Positions 18,784 through 28,512 of a stretch of DNA of 57,774 bases are shown in pieces. Below the pieces are notes generated by a model. That model was given only the letters and a program-made list of their open reading frames with translations. It was not told where the DNA came from and made no database searches. Each line of letters begins with the position of its first letter. Within the stretch, counting starts at the first letter, position 1. The stretch comes from Sphingobacterium thalpophilum. Lineage in GTDB: Bacteria; Bacteroidota; Bacteroidia; B-17B0; Aurantibacillaceae. The position numbers were made by a program, and so were the translations under genes. Where the stretch lies: NCBI GenBank assembly GCA_943325195.2, contig CALPON020000001.1:1-57774 (forward strand), written 5' to 3'.

Positions 18784-19433
18784 GGAATGTTCATGAATTT
18801 ATGCGTCTGCAGGCTAATCATCCACCGCGGGTGATCCTTCACGTAGGCAATAATATCCGGCAACAGGGTTTTTGAGCGACTCCACTCCGGTTGAAGGTAG
18901 AGGTAACAATTGGTACTAACTTTTGCAGCTTGTTCTTCTGCCCACAGAAAATCATGCTGGTTAAAGATGATTATTTTTAGCTCATTAGCCACCTGGTAAA
19001 TAGGGGCAAGTGGTGCCATGGTTTTTTTGGGGGAGAGGCAAATCCAGTCCCAGTTTCCACTCAAACTGTATGCTCCGGAGGTTTCAATAAAAGTGGCAAG
19101 ACCTTCTTCTTTCAATCTTTTGGTAAGCGCAGTCAGATTGTAAATGAGTGGCTCGCCGCCGGTCACAACCACACTTTTGGCAGGAAATTCCTTAACGGAA
19201 GAAATCAGTGCTTCAATTTTCGTGAGGGGATGAAGTTTGGCATCCCAGCTTTCTTTCACGTCACACCAGTGGCAACCGACATCGCAGCCACCAATCCGGA
19301 TAAAATAAGCTGCTTTCCCGGTCTGATGGCCCTCTCCCTGAATGGTATAAAACTGTTCCATGACCGGTAGCAGTGTACCATTGTCCAACAATGTCTGCTG
19401 TTCTGATTCCAGTCCGTGTAATCTATAACTCAC
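18780..19433 (-). CDS. queE: 7-carboxy-7-deazaguanine synthase QueE (radical SAM)
   Basis: FYTIQGEG, CDVGCHWCD (CxxxCxxC), VVTGGEP, IETSG, LSPK, LQPE and SLQTHK motifs. Confidence 0.95.
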   Translation of the reverse strand: MSYRLHGLESEQQTLLDNGTLLPVMEQFYTIQGEGHQTGKAAYFIRIGGCDVGCHWCDVKESWDAKLHPLTKIEALISSVKEFPAKSVVVTGGEPLIYNLTALTKRLKEEGLATFIETSGAYSLSGNWDWICLSPKKTMAPLAPIYQVANELKIIIFNQHDFLWAEEQAAKVSTNCYLYLQPEWSRSKTLLPDIIAYVKDHPRWMISLQTHKFMNIP

Positions 19434-19437
19434 TTCA

Positions 19438-19445
19438 CAAAGGTA
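19438..19445 (-). promoter_or_regulatory. -7 promoter box TACCTTTG for queE
   Basis: Exact TAnnTTTG match 4 nt upstream of the GTG start. Confidence 0.6.
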
Positions 19446-19534
19446 CTTTAAAGGCCGGACAATTAATAGATAATTTCATTTTTAGTTAACCGATTGCTAC
19501 CCTGTAACAACAGCAATTATTAGTAAATTGCACC

Positions 19535-20659
19535 ATGAATATCGGAATGGTATGTTTTCCCACCTATGGCGGGAGTGGGGTAGTAGCCACAGAACTTGGC
19601 ATTGCGCTGGCGAATAAGGGACATAAAGTGCATTTCATGTCTTACAGCCAGCCTTTCCGATTAAATTTATTTAATGAAAATTTGTTTTATCACGAGTTCA
19701 GTGTCAATGATTATCCACTGTTTGAATACCAGCCCTACGAAAGTGTGCTGGCTAGTAAGATTGTGGATGTGGCGATGTATGAGCAGCTTGATGTATTGCA
19801 TGTTCATTATGCGATACCCCATGCCTCGGTAGCTTACACAGCGCAACAGATTTTAAAGTCAAAAAAAATTCATTTGCCATACGTGACCACTCTTCATGGT
19901 ACCGACATAACCTTGGTTGGCCGCGACCCCGCCTTTGAGCCGGTGATTCGTTTTTCCCTCAATCACAGTAATGCCATCACAAGTGTCTCTGAAAGTCTGA
20001 AGAAAGAGACACTGGAAACGTTTAAAATTGACAATAAGATTACAGTTATTCCCAATTTTATAAATATTAAAGAGTATGAATCCGCAAGGGATAATTGTAT
20101 TAAGCGGAAGTATGCCCCGAAAGGCGAATTCATCATGGTGCACATTTCCAATTTCAGAAAAGTGAAACGGATTGAAGATGTGGTTATTGCGTTTCAAAAA
20201 ATCCGCGAGAAGGTCCCTGCTAAATTAATTTTTGCGGGTGATGGTCCTGAAAAGTCAAATATTGATCTGCTCGTTCGCCATTTAAATTTGCAGCACGATG
20301 TGGTTCACCTCGGGAAGGTGGCCGATCCCAAAGAAATTTTAAGTGTGGCCGATCTTTTTATGTTACCATCAGAGACCGAGAGTTTTGGTCTGGCTGCCCT
20401 AGAAGCCATGGCCATGAAGGTGCCGGTCATCAGCACCAATACGGGTGGATTGCCGGAGGTGAATATTCATGGCAAGACAGGTTTTCTAAGCGCTATCGGC
20501 GACACGGACGATATGGCGGCCAATGCCTTGAAGCTATTGGAGTCACCAGAAAGACTGGAGTTATTTCGTAAAAACGCATTTGAACAGGCCAAGAAATTTG
20601 ATGTAGAAAAGATTCTGCCAAAATATGAAGCGGTGTATCGTCAGCTTACGGCGCTGTGA
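19535..20659 (+). CDS. bshA: N-acetyl-alpha-D-glucosaminyl L-malate synthase BshA (GT4)
   Basis: CFPTYGGSGVVATELG, LHVHYAIPHA, TTLHGTDITLVG, HISNFRKVKR and ESFGLAALEAM motifs. Confidence 0.95.
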   Translation: MNIGMVCFPTYGGSGVVATELGIALANKGHKVHFMSYSQPFRLNLFNENLFYHEFSVNDYPLFEYQPYESVLASKIVDVAMYEQLDVLHVHYAIPHASVAYTAQQILKSKKIHLPYVTTLHGTDITLVGRDPAFEPVIRFSLNHSNAITSVSESLKKETLETFKIDNKITVIPNFINIKEYESARDNCIKRKYAPKGEFIMVHISNFRKVKRIEDVVIAFQKIREKVPAKLIFAGDGPEKSNIDLLVRHLNLQHDVVHLGKVADPKEILSVADLFMLPSETESFGLAALEAMAMKVPVISTNTGGLPEVNIHGKTGFLSAIGDTDDMAANALKLLESPERLELFRKNAFEQAKKFDVEKILPKYEAVYRQLTAL

Positions 20660-20731
20660 CGGCCTACAACAGATGTTAAATTATTGCCTTCTTGTTTAAG
20701 ATTGGAGGAAAGGAATTACTTTCGAAGAGCA

Positions 20732-21118
20732 ATGCTCAGCACAATCACTCATAACATTGAAATTTCGGTTGATGTAAAATACTGGCCGCAACAAAGTCTT
20801 CCTAATGAAAATCATTATTTTTTCGTCTACTTCATTACCATTCAAAATCACAGTGACGAAGACGTGCAACTGACAAAGCGGCACTGGGATATTGTCGATA
20901 GTTTAGGTGACAAACGCATGGTCGATGGCGACGGTGTTGTGGGAGAAACACCTGTTTTGAGGCCCGGACAAAGATTTGAATACAATAGCGGCTGCAATTT
21001 GACCAGCGAAATTGGCTATATGTCCGGCTATTACACGCTGATTAAAATGGTCAGTGGTGAGGAGATCACAGCAAAAATTCCAAAGTTCGACCTGATCGTC
21101 CCTGCAAAACTCAATTAA
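20732..21118 (+). CDS. apaG: ApaG protein
   Basis: YFITIQN, QLTKRHWDI, GDGVVGETP, FEYNSGC and GYMSGYY motifs. Start taken as ATG 20732. Confidence 0.92.
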   Translation: MLSTITHNIEISVDVKYWPQQSLPNENHYFFVYFITIQNHSDEDVQLTKRHWDIVDSLGDKRMVDGDGVVGETPVLRPGQRFEYNSGCNLTSEIGYMSGYYTLIKMVSGEEITAKIPKFDLIVPAKLN

Positions 21119-21124
21119 TCTGTC

Positions 21125-22201
21125 TTAGCGAACGTCTGATTTACAATAACGTTCCATCAATTTGATTGCCATTTCATCACCAAGTCCGTCTGCTTTTTCC
21201 AGATCGGCGCAGGCTCCCCGTTTATCCTTGCTTGCGAATTTAATGGCAGCCCGGTTGACATAGGCTGCTGGATAATTAAATTTAAGTTTAATGCTGTGGT
21301 CCAGGTCCTTCAGTGCTTCCACGTATTGACGGTTACCGCCCTTTGCGACGCCTCTATAGCAGTAGCTGACGGGGTTGGAGCCATTGATTTTAATCGCTTC
21401 ATCCAGATCAACGATAGCCCCGGTGTTGTCGTTACTATTAATTTTGGCGACGGCTCTGGAAATGAGTGCTTCTTCCTCTTTTGGAAAATCTTGCAGATAT
21501 CTACCCCAATCGGCGATTGCGCCTTTGTAGTCCTGATTTTCAAATTTGCTTTTTGCCAGTAGTTTATATAGCTGGTTATCATGTTTTTTATTTTCGTTCA
21601 GGCGGATGGCTTCGTTCAGTTCTTTGATGACGTAATTATATTCCCTGCGTGCAAAACGGATTTCAGCTAGAAGAAGATAGGTCTCGAAGTGATCCGGCTT
21701 AAAGTCTAGTATGGCCTCGCAAGTTTCGAGGGAAGCTTTATAGTTTTTACCTTTGAACATGAGTAGGCTGCGATAATACAGCAATTCGACATCATCTATC
21801 TTTTCTTCTGCCGCAAAATAAACGGCAGTATCCAGTGCTTTTTTTGCATCAGAAAATTTATTTGTCAGATAAAAAGTAATGCCCTTCCATTTCATCGTCT
21901 CATAATTCATGGGAGCGAGTTTATCCGCCTTTTCCAGCTCTTTGTTAGCAGCTTTGAAGTCCTTGAGACGAATCTGGCATTCCCCCATGAGATTATAGGC
22001 TTCCCAATAATTGGTGCGGATTTTCAGTGCTTTTTTTAATTCTTTCAGTGCTGGCTTGTATTGGGTGGAGTCCGCCAGCTGCCGTGCTTTGTTGTAGAGG
22101 ATTTGTTCTTTGGAGATGGTATCGGACGCGATTTGCTGCCCCCGGCTAACTGTTGCCAGAAACATCATTAAAACGAACCACTTATAAGACCTTTTTAACA
22201 C
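21125..22201 (-). CDS. Secreted tetratricopeptide repeat protein
   Basis: Roughly nine 34-aa TPR-like helical repeats (e.g. AIVDLDEAIKIN, AYVNRA, ACADLEKA). Start taken as GTG 22201 to avoid overlapping the divergent gene, so the start is uncertain. Confidence 0.8.
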   Translation of the reverse strand: MLKRSYKWFVLMMFLATVSRGQQIASDTISKEQILYNKARQLADSTQYKPALKELKKALKIRTNYWEAYNLMGECQIRLKDFKAANKELEKADKLAPMNYETMKWKGITFYLTNKFSDAKKALDTAVYFAAEEKIDDVELLYYRSLLMFKGKNYKASLETCEAILDFKPDHFETYLLLAEIRFARREYNYVIKELNEAIRLNENKKHDNQLYKLLAKSKFENQDYKGAIADWGRYLQDFPKEEEALISRAVAKINSNDNTGAIVDLDEAIKINGSNPVSYCYRGVAKGGNRQYVEALKDLDHSIKLKFNYPAAYVNRAAIKFASKDKRGACADLEKADGLGDEMAIKLMERYCKSDVR

Positions 22202-22262
22202 CTGGTATATTCCTTTTTTTCCAGCACAGGAAATCACTATCTTTAGACAAATATAGTAGCTT

Positions 22263-23201
22263 ATGCCTCCTGTTGGAATCATTTTTATTTTGGCTCTGGG
22301 TCTCATCACCATTTTTTTGTCGGTTGTGACTGTTCAGCAGGGAACGATTTCTATTACGACCATTTTCGGAAAGTTTCGGCGTATTCTTCGTCCCGGGCTT
22401 AATTTTAAGATACCATTTATTGAAAAAGTTTTTAAAAGGATTTCGGTACAGAACCGGAGTTCTGAGTTGGGATTTCAGGCGGTTACAATCGACCAAGCAA
22501 ATGTCAATTTTACCGCTATGCTTTTGTACTCGGTGCTTAATAGCGATGAAGAGACGATAAAAAATGTGGCCTTTAAATTTATCGATGAGCGAAATTTTAT
22601 GCAAGCATTGGTGCGCAGCGTTGAAGGTTCTGTCCGTGCCTTTGTGGCCACCAAAAAACAATCGGAGGTTCTTGTTCTTCGCCGTGATATCGTGGAAGCT
22701 GTTAAAGATCAGCTGGACCGAACACTGGAGGATTGGGGATATCATCTAATTGATCTCCAGTTGAATGATATTACCTTTGATGAGGAGGTGATGCGTTCCA
22801 TGGCGAAGGTAGTGGCGAGCAATAATCTAAAATCAGCGGCTGAAAACGAAGGACAGGCCTTGTTAATTACGCGGACCAAAGCTGCGGAAGCGGAAGGGAA
22901 TTTCATAAAAATTTCAGCTCAGGCTGAAAAGGATGCATCGCAGTTGAAGGGGCAGGGCATTGCTCTATTTCGTCAGGAAGTCGCCCGCGGTATGGCTGGC
23001 GCGGCAAAGGAGATGGAGGAGGCTGATCTGGATTCGTCTCTGATTTTATTTAGTATGTGGACGGAGGCCGTCCGCAATTTTGCACAAGAAGGAAAAGGAA
23101 ACGTTATTTTTCTGGATGGCAGCGTAGAAGGCATGCAAAAAACGATGAAGGATATGATGGCAATTAATCAACTTAATAATATAGACAGCAACAAAAAGTA
23201 A
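22263..23201 (+). CDS. SPFH/Band 7 domain protein (HIR-like)
   Basis: N-terminal TM, VQQG...FGKFRRILRPGLNFKIPF, VEGSVRA, LQLNDITFD and an AE-rich coiled coil. Confidence 0.9.
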   Translation: MPPVGIIFILALGLITIFLSVVTVQQGTISITTIFGKFRRILRPGLNFKIPFIEKVFKRISVQNRSSELGFQAVTIDQANVNFTAMLLYSVLNSDEETIKNVAFKFIDERNFMQALVRSVEGSVRAFVATKKQSEVLVLRRDIVEAVKDQLDRTLEDWGYHLIDLQLNDITFDEEVMRSMAKVVASNNLKSAAENEGQALLITRTKAAEAEGNFIKISAQAEKDASQLKGQGIALFRQEVARGMAGAAKEMEEADLDSSLILFSMWTEAVRNFAQEGKGNVIFLDGSVEGMQKTMKDMMAINQLNNIDSNKK

Positions 23202-23203
23202 AC

Positions 23204-25372
23204 ATGAAAAAACAAGTATCAACGATTACCCTTGCACTCTCTCTGATGGTGTCGGTAGCAAGCTTTTCGCAGGTAAAGCAGCAGGTTATGCCTTGCGCAA
23301 CCTATGAGGCTATGGAGCAGCATTTTAAAGAAAATCCATCTGCACGTATGCAATTTGAAAAAGCGCAGAAACAGCTTGAAACGACGCGTTTGGCTGCAGA
23401 AAATTCTTCTGCCCGTCCTGCCGCATTTGTTTATACAGTGCCAGTTGTATTTCATGTACTTCATCAGGGGGGACCAGAGAACATTAGTGACGCAGCTTGT
23501 TTTGCAGCGCTGGATCAGGTGAACAAAGATTATGCCCGTCAGAGTCCGGATACCAATTTGATGTTTGCACCATTTAAAAATAAGTATGTAAACAGTGAAA
23601 TTCGGTTTATGCCGGCAAAGCGTGATCCTCAGGGAAATTGTATCAATGGGGTGGTTCATCATTTGGATACAAAAACTAACTGGTCCCAAGGATCCGCGCA
23701 GCAGAGTAACTACTGGCCCTATACCTGGGATCCAACACGGTACTTAAACATTTACATTGTGGCGAACATTGTTCCGCAAGGTACTGTAACGGGAGGTGGA
23801 ATTATTGTTGGTTATACTTATATCCCCGGTACTTGGCCAACGGGCAATCAGCACGACGCTATTGTCTACCGCTACAATTTTCTGGCGACGGGATTTCCAA
23901 ATCCGGACAGTCGCTCCCTTTCACATGAAATTGGTCACTGGTTGAGTTTACCACACACCTTTGGAAATACAAATAATCCGGGAGTTGTTTGTGGCGATGA
24001 CAACATTGCAGACACCCCGCCGACAAAAGGAAATTTTGCCGCTTGTCCCGCAGCAGCGACTAACACAGCTTTTACTTGCTCAAGTCCCAACCCTTCAAGC
24101 GCCAATAATTATTATCAGAACATTGAAAATATTATGGACTATTCTAATTGTCCTAAAAACTTTACGCAAGGGCAAACCACAGCGATGCGCAATACTTTAG
24201 CAGGAACGGTGGGTAACCGTCAGAACCTCTGGAGTGCAAGCAACTTGGTAACAACAGGAGTAAATAACACCACCCCTTGTGCGCCTCTAGCTGAATTTCT
24301 TTCCAATAATGGTACTTATTCCGTCTGTGTTGGTGGAAATCTGACGATGAAGGATTTCTCCTCCAATGGCACGGTTAGCAGCTACAGCTGGGCGGCCGAT
24401 AATAATGCGGTGATTGCCGCTCCAAGTAGTTCTCAGACAGCTATTAATTTTCAGTTAATCGGTGTCAGCAATGTTTCCCTAACCGCATCTAATGCGCAGG
24501 GCAGCAGCACCAAAGTGCGTCAGGTGTATGTATTAGATGCCACGCCTGTATTAACCAGCTCTAGCTTTGAGAGTTTTGAAAGTGGTCTACCGCCGTTCTG
24601 GAGTATTGGTGATCAAGATAACGATGGTAAGACTTGGATCAACACCAGCAGTGCGTCTTATGATCAGACTTTTAGTTATTATATTGATGGAGCTCAGATG
24701 CCGCCTTCTACCGAAGACTATCTCCTCATGCCGATGATGGATGTGAAAAACAATCAGTCTAATAAATTACAGTTTGCATATGCCTACCGTCGTATGCTGT
24801 CCTCGCAAAATGATGTACTCAAAATCCAAGCTTCCCGCGATTGTGGTGGCACATGGGAGGACATCGTTGTTCTTTCTGCAAACGTGATGGCTTCTCTTTC
24901 CGGTGGCACCTCTACCGATCCTTTCTTGCCAAATTCAAATGAGGAGTGGAAGACCTATGTGATCTCTGATCATCCAAAATGGCTGAACTACATTAACTCT
25001 AGCAGTGTACTGGTTCGTTTTATGTTTGTTGAAGGCACAAATGGTTTCGGTAATAATCTTTTCATTGATGCGGTTAATTTCTACTCCCCAAGTGGTGTGA
25101 ATGAACTTACTCGAAAAATGGAATTTTCTATGTATCCAAACCCGACAACGGGGGAAGCCTATGTGCATTTCAATCTGAATTCAGAAGCCCGTGTTAAATT
25201 AAGCGTGAAGGATGTGCTGGGGCGCGAAATTCTGCAGGTAGCGGATAAGAACTTCCTGCCGGGTGAACAAACCCTTCAGATTGCCCGTGATGGCGCCCTG
25301 ACGCCTGGTATTTACTTTGTAAACATGTCCGTTAACGGTGCTAGCATGAGCCAGAAAATGATCGTTAAATAA
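23204..25372 (+). CDS. M43 (pappalysin-like) zinc metalloprotease with PKD, cleaved-adhesin-like domain and T9SS type A CTD
   Basis: Signal peptide, propeptide Cys, TVPVVFHV, HEIGHWLSLPH, DTPP, Met-turn NIMDYS, and C-terminal MYPNP...GIYFV...QKMIVK. Confidence 0.9.
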   Translation: MKKQVSTITLALSLMVSVASFSQVKQQVMPCATYEAMEQHFKENPSARMQFEKAQKQLETTRLAAENSSARPAAFVYTVPVVFHVLHQGGPENISDAACFAALDQVNKDYARQSPDTNLMFAPFKNKYVNSEIRFMPAKRDPQGNCINGVVHHLDTKTNWSQGSAQQSNYWPYTWDPTRYLNIYIVANIVPQGTVTGGGIIVGYTYIPGTWPTGNQHDAIVYRYNFLATGFPNPDSRSLSHEIGHWLSLPHTFGNTNNPGVVCGDDNIADTPPTKGNFAACPAAATNTAFTCSSPNPSSANNYYQNIENIMDYSNCPKNFTQGQTTAMRNTLAGTVGNRQNLWSASNLVTTGVNNTTPCAPLAEFLSNNGTYSVCVGGNLTMKDFSSNGTVSSYSWAADNNAVIAAPSSSQTAINFQLIGVSNVSLTASNAQGSSTKVRQVYVLDATPVLTSSSFESFESGLPPFWSIGDQDNDGKTWINTSSASYDQTFSYYIDGAQMPPSTEDYLLMPMMDVKNNQSNKLQFAYAYRRMLSSQNDVLKIQASRDCGGTWEDIVVLSANVMASLSGGTSTDPFLPNSNEEWKTYVISDHPKWLNYINSSSVLVRFMFVEGTNGFGNNLFIDAVNFYSPSGVNELTRKMEFSMYPNPTTGEAYVHFNLNSEARVKLSVKDVLGREILQVADKNFLPGEQTLQIARDGALTPGIYFVNMSVNGASMSQKMIVK

Positions 25373-25390
25373 TTTTTCATTCCCTAATTT

Positions 25391-25423
25391 AAAACCCGGC
25401 GATGCAAATCGCCGGGTTTTTTT
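25391..25423 (+). terminator. Rho-independent terminator
   Basis: AAAACCCGGCGAT-gcaa-ATCGCCGGGTTTTTTT. Confidence 0.85.
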
Positions 25424-25443
25424 TATTTTGTCCCCACCCGAAA

Positions 25444-27495
25444 GTGAACCCCTTTTCTACCATACCTTTTTTTAGAATCCTACTTCCTTATATCGGTGGA
25501 ATTCTCTGTGCTCTTTACTTTGGATGGCAGGTACATATAGCTGCCTGTTTATTTTTTCTTATTATTCTACTCCTAACCATTCCTTTTCGTTCTGCAAAAG
25601 CCCGTCGCTGGTCTTTGTTGGTGGCGGACCTTTGTTTGTTTTGTTTAGCCCTCAGTAATGTCAGTGTTTGTCGGCGCCCATTGTTTGCGACGCATTATAC
25701 CAGCTACCTGTCTTCTGATACAAGTGCAGTTCTGCTTGCTCAGATTAATGACGTGCCCGTAACGAAAACAAAAAGTCGAAAATGCGAATTAAAAGTGCTG
25801 GCCGTGGCAGAGGGAAAGGTATGGCGACCTTGCCGCGGAAAAGTTCTCTTGTATGTCCGCAGCGGTCCGTTTAGTGCTCATCTGCAGGCAGGTGATCGGA
25901 TTCAGGTGAAAGCCCGATGGCAGAAAATAAGGGGACCCTTAAATCCGGGTGAATTCAATTATCAACAGTATTTGTCTAACCGCTACATCGAAAGACGGGC
26001 CTACGCAGACAGCACTGCTATTGTAAAACTGCCACCAGACAAAAAGTTTGAGCTTTGGTTTTTTGCATTGTCCCTTAAAACAAAAGTTCTGCGTTGTCTG
26101 GCCAGATCAGGTTTAAGTGACAATGCCGTCGCCATCTGCGGTGCGCTGCTAACTGGATTTGATGACGAAATAGAAAAGGAGGTACTTCAAGCGTTTTCGC
26201 ACAGCGGCACCTTGCATATTTTATCCGTTTCTGGCCTTCACACCGGTCTTATTTATGCCGTGCTTGCTTTTTTGTTTCGGCTTGTTGACCGTCAAAAAAA
26301 ATACCGTCAGTTGGAATTTTTAGTCTTGGTGCTCATTCTTTGGAGCTTTGCGCTTTTCACTGGTTTTTCTCCTCCGGTAATGCGCGCAGTGATCATGTTT
26401 AACCTGCTGGGTGCAGGTAAGTTGTATTTTCGGAATTCCAGCCGCAATCAGATTAACATTCTGGCTGTTTCTGCTTTTTCTCTTTTGCTCTATGATCCAC
26501 TGCTAATAATGGATGTAGGCTTTTTATTAAGCTACGGCGCCATGTTTGGCCTGATGTATTTTCAACCTGCTTTTCAAGCCCTAGTAGAAACGGAAAAACG
26601 TTTGCTCTTAAATTTGTGGTCCAGCACCAGTGCCTCCTTTGCGGCTACCTTATGTACTTTACCCCTGACTCTATGCTACTTTAAGCAGTTCCCTTTGTGG
26701 TTTGTGCTCTGCAATTTCATTGTGGTACCCGCCAGTTTTGTTTTGTTAATGTTGGCATTTCTGGTGGTTATCAAGGTGCCTTTTTTGATAAGGCCCGCGA
26801 ATCTGCTGACAGATTGGATGCTGGGCTTTGTAGAGTTGTTCGATTCGCCGAAGGGCGGATATATTGAGGCGATAGATTTTCGCTTGTCCGACGCCCTTTT
26901 CCTGAGTTTGATTATAATCCTTTTTTCCAAAGCCTTTGCGCGACATTCCCGCCGACTTCTCTACCTTTCAATTCTTGGGACACTGAGCTGGCAGCTGTTT
27001 TCAATTTGGCAAAGTTATGAAAGCAAAAGTAACGAGAAGGTTTTGCTTTTTTCGCTGCGAAAAAGTGCAGGGCTGGCGGTAAAACATCCGGGACAAGTTT
27101 CTTTATGGTTGCAAGATAGCAGTGTTTTAGAATACTCGGTCAAGCCCTGGCTGATTAGTCAGAATTATGCCGAACAGTCGACGCTTCAGTCGCGCGTGCT
27201 GAGGCTGGGTGAGGAGTACATCGTTTACGCGCATCAAAAAGATAGTTTTCCTCGTCTTTCACCTGAAAAAATAAAATACCTCATCTGCAGTTCGGAATTT
27301 AAAATCACTAAAAAATTGTTAAAGTCGCTACCTGGTACTGCAATTGTTTTCCTGGATGGCACAAATGGACGCAGGGACATTGACGAGACCATTAAATTAT
27401 GTCGTAACTTTGGAAGAATGGTCTGGGTGCTTTCTGAAAAAGGAGCCTGTCAGATTGGTGTAAGGGAAAGACATTATGAAATTGAGAATTGGTGA
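25444..27495 (+). CDS. comEC: ComEC/Rec2 family competence membrane protein
   Basis: OB-like domain with PLNPGEFNYQQYL, FSHSGTLHILSVSGLH, PPVMRAVIM and GFLLSYGA motifs. GTG 25444 preferred because the ORF-track start lies inside the terminator. Confidence 0.85.
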   Translation: MNPFSTIPFFRILLPYIGGILCALYFGWQVHIAACLFFLIILLLTIPFRSAKARRWSLLVADLCLFCLALSNVSVCRRPLFATHYTSYLSSDTSAVLLAQINDVPVTKTKSRKCELKVLAVAEGKVWRPCRGKVLLYVRSGPFSAHLQAGDRIQVKARWQKIRGPLNPGEFNYQQYLSNRYIERRAYADSTAIVKLPPDKKFELWFFALSLKTKVLRCLARSGLSDNAVAICGALLTGFDDEIEKEVLQAFSHSGTLHILSVSGLHTGLIYAVLAFLFRLVDRQKKYRQLEFLVLVLILWSFALFTGFSPPVMRAVIMFNLLGAGKLYFRNSSRNQINILAVSAFSLLLYDPLLIMDVGFLLSYGAMFGLMYFQPAFQALVETEKRLLLNLWSSTSASFAATLCTLPLTLCYFKQFPLWFVLCNFIVVPASFVLLMLAFLVVIKVPFLIRPANLLTDWMLGFVELFDSPKGGYIEAIDFRLSDALFLSLIIILFSKAFARHSRRLLYLSILGTLSWQLFSIWQSYESKSNEKVLLFSLRKSAGLAVKHPGQVSLWLQDSSVLEYSVKPWLISQNYAEQSTLQSRVLRLGEEYIVYAHQKDSFPRLSPEKIKYLICSSEFKITKKLLKSLPGTAIVFLDGTNGRRDIDETIKLCRNFGRMVWVLSEKGACQIGVRERHYEIENW

Positions 27496-28468
27496 TAAAG
27501 TCCGGCTACTAAATGAAGTAGGTGAGGGCCTGGTTTCTCGGATAAAAGATAAGGAAACTGTCTTTGTGGAAATGCAAGATGGATTTGAAATTCCGTTTTT
27601 AATTTCTCAACTCGTTCCAATTCACACAGAATTAATTATTGATAAGGATGCGGAGAACCTCGAAATCAATCCTGAGGCGCACCTGACGGATGCTGTGTAT
27701 TTTATCATGGAACCCGACCATGATTTTCAACCACTTGTGAGTGATTATAAGATCTATCTTTTTAATGCTTCGTCTTTTAACCTTCTGTACTCCTATAGCG
27801 TTAAGGATGAAGAGTATTTTCAGACGCTGAAACATGGCGAGGTTGGACCTTATCAAAAGGTGCTTATTCGTCAGGTGAAAATGCAGTACTTTAAAGATTA
27901 CCATTATCATAAAATGGAGTGTCTACTCTTCAAAAACACGTTCTTTAAAGCACAGACACCTATTGCGGAAGTTATTCGTATTAGTCCGGAAGTGCTCCAT
28001 GCGGCTAAAATGATCCGCCATGATGAATTCAGGCATCCCGTTTTTGGTTTTTTACTTAAGGATGATTTTATCTCGCATAACCGTGTTGACGCCAATTTAG
28101 GGGAAAACGACATTGCTCGTTTAAAAAGTATTAAGGAATTTAAGACCGCCAGTAAGGTGTCGCGTTCAAATAAAGAATATCTGCGTTCGCTTGAGAAAGA
28201 AGTCGACCTGCATATTAATGAGCTGGTAGAAAGCACGAATGGGATGAGTAACTTTGAAATGTTGAATATTCAACTGGAGCGTTTTGAAAAAGAGCTCGAT
28301 GAAGCGATTGCGAAGCACATGAAGAAACTTATTTTTATTCACGGTGTTGGCAATGGCCGACTCCGACAGGAAATTACAGCTATTTTAAAAGACACCCGAG
28401 GGGTTACATTTCAAGATGCCTCCTACAAAGAGTATGGTTATGGGGCCACGCAGGTCAATATTCTTTGA
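27476..28468 (+). CDS. Smr domain protein with N-terminal KOW/SH3-like module and DUF2027-like middle
   Basis: IGDKVRLLNEVGEGLV at the N-terminus. EVDLHI, FIHGVGNGRLR and DASYKEYGYGAT at the C-terminus. Confidence 0.85.
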   Translation: MKLRIGDKVRLLNEVGEGLVSRIKDKETVFVEMQDGFEIPFLISQLVPIHTELIIDKDAENLEINPEAHLTDAVYFIMEPDHDFQPLVSDYKIYLFNASSFNLLYSYSVKDEEYFQTLKHGEVGPYQKVLIRQVKMQYFKDYHYHKMECLLFKNTFFKAQTPIAEVIRISPEVLHAAKMIRHDEFRHPVFGFLLKDDFISHNRVDANLGENDIARLKSIKEFKTASKVSRSNKEYLRSLEKEVDLHINELVESTNGMSNFEMLNIQLERFEKELDEAIAKHMKKLIFIHGVGNGRLRQEITAILKDTRGVTFQDASYKEYGYGATQVNIL

Positions 28469-28512
28469 AATTAGGTCCTTCTAACATACATTAGTATTCG
28501 TATTTTTACAGT

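Noticed and set aside
22182-22745. 187-aa minus-strand ORF and the extended 5' end of the TPR ORF (to 22312)
   Set aside because: Both overlap the SPFH gene in antisense. A downstream GTG gives the TPR protein a normal signal peptide.
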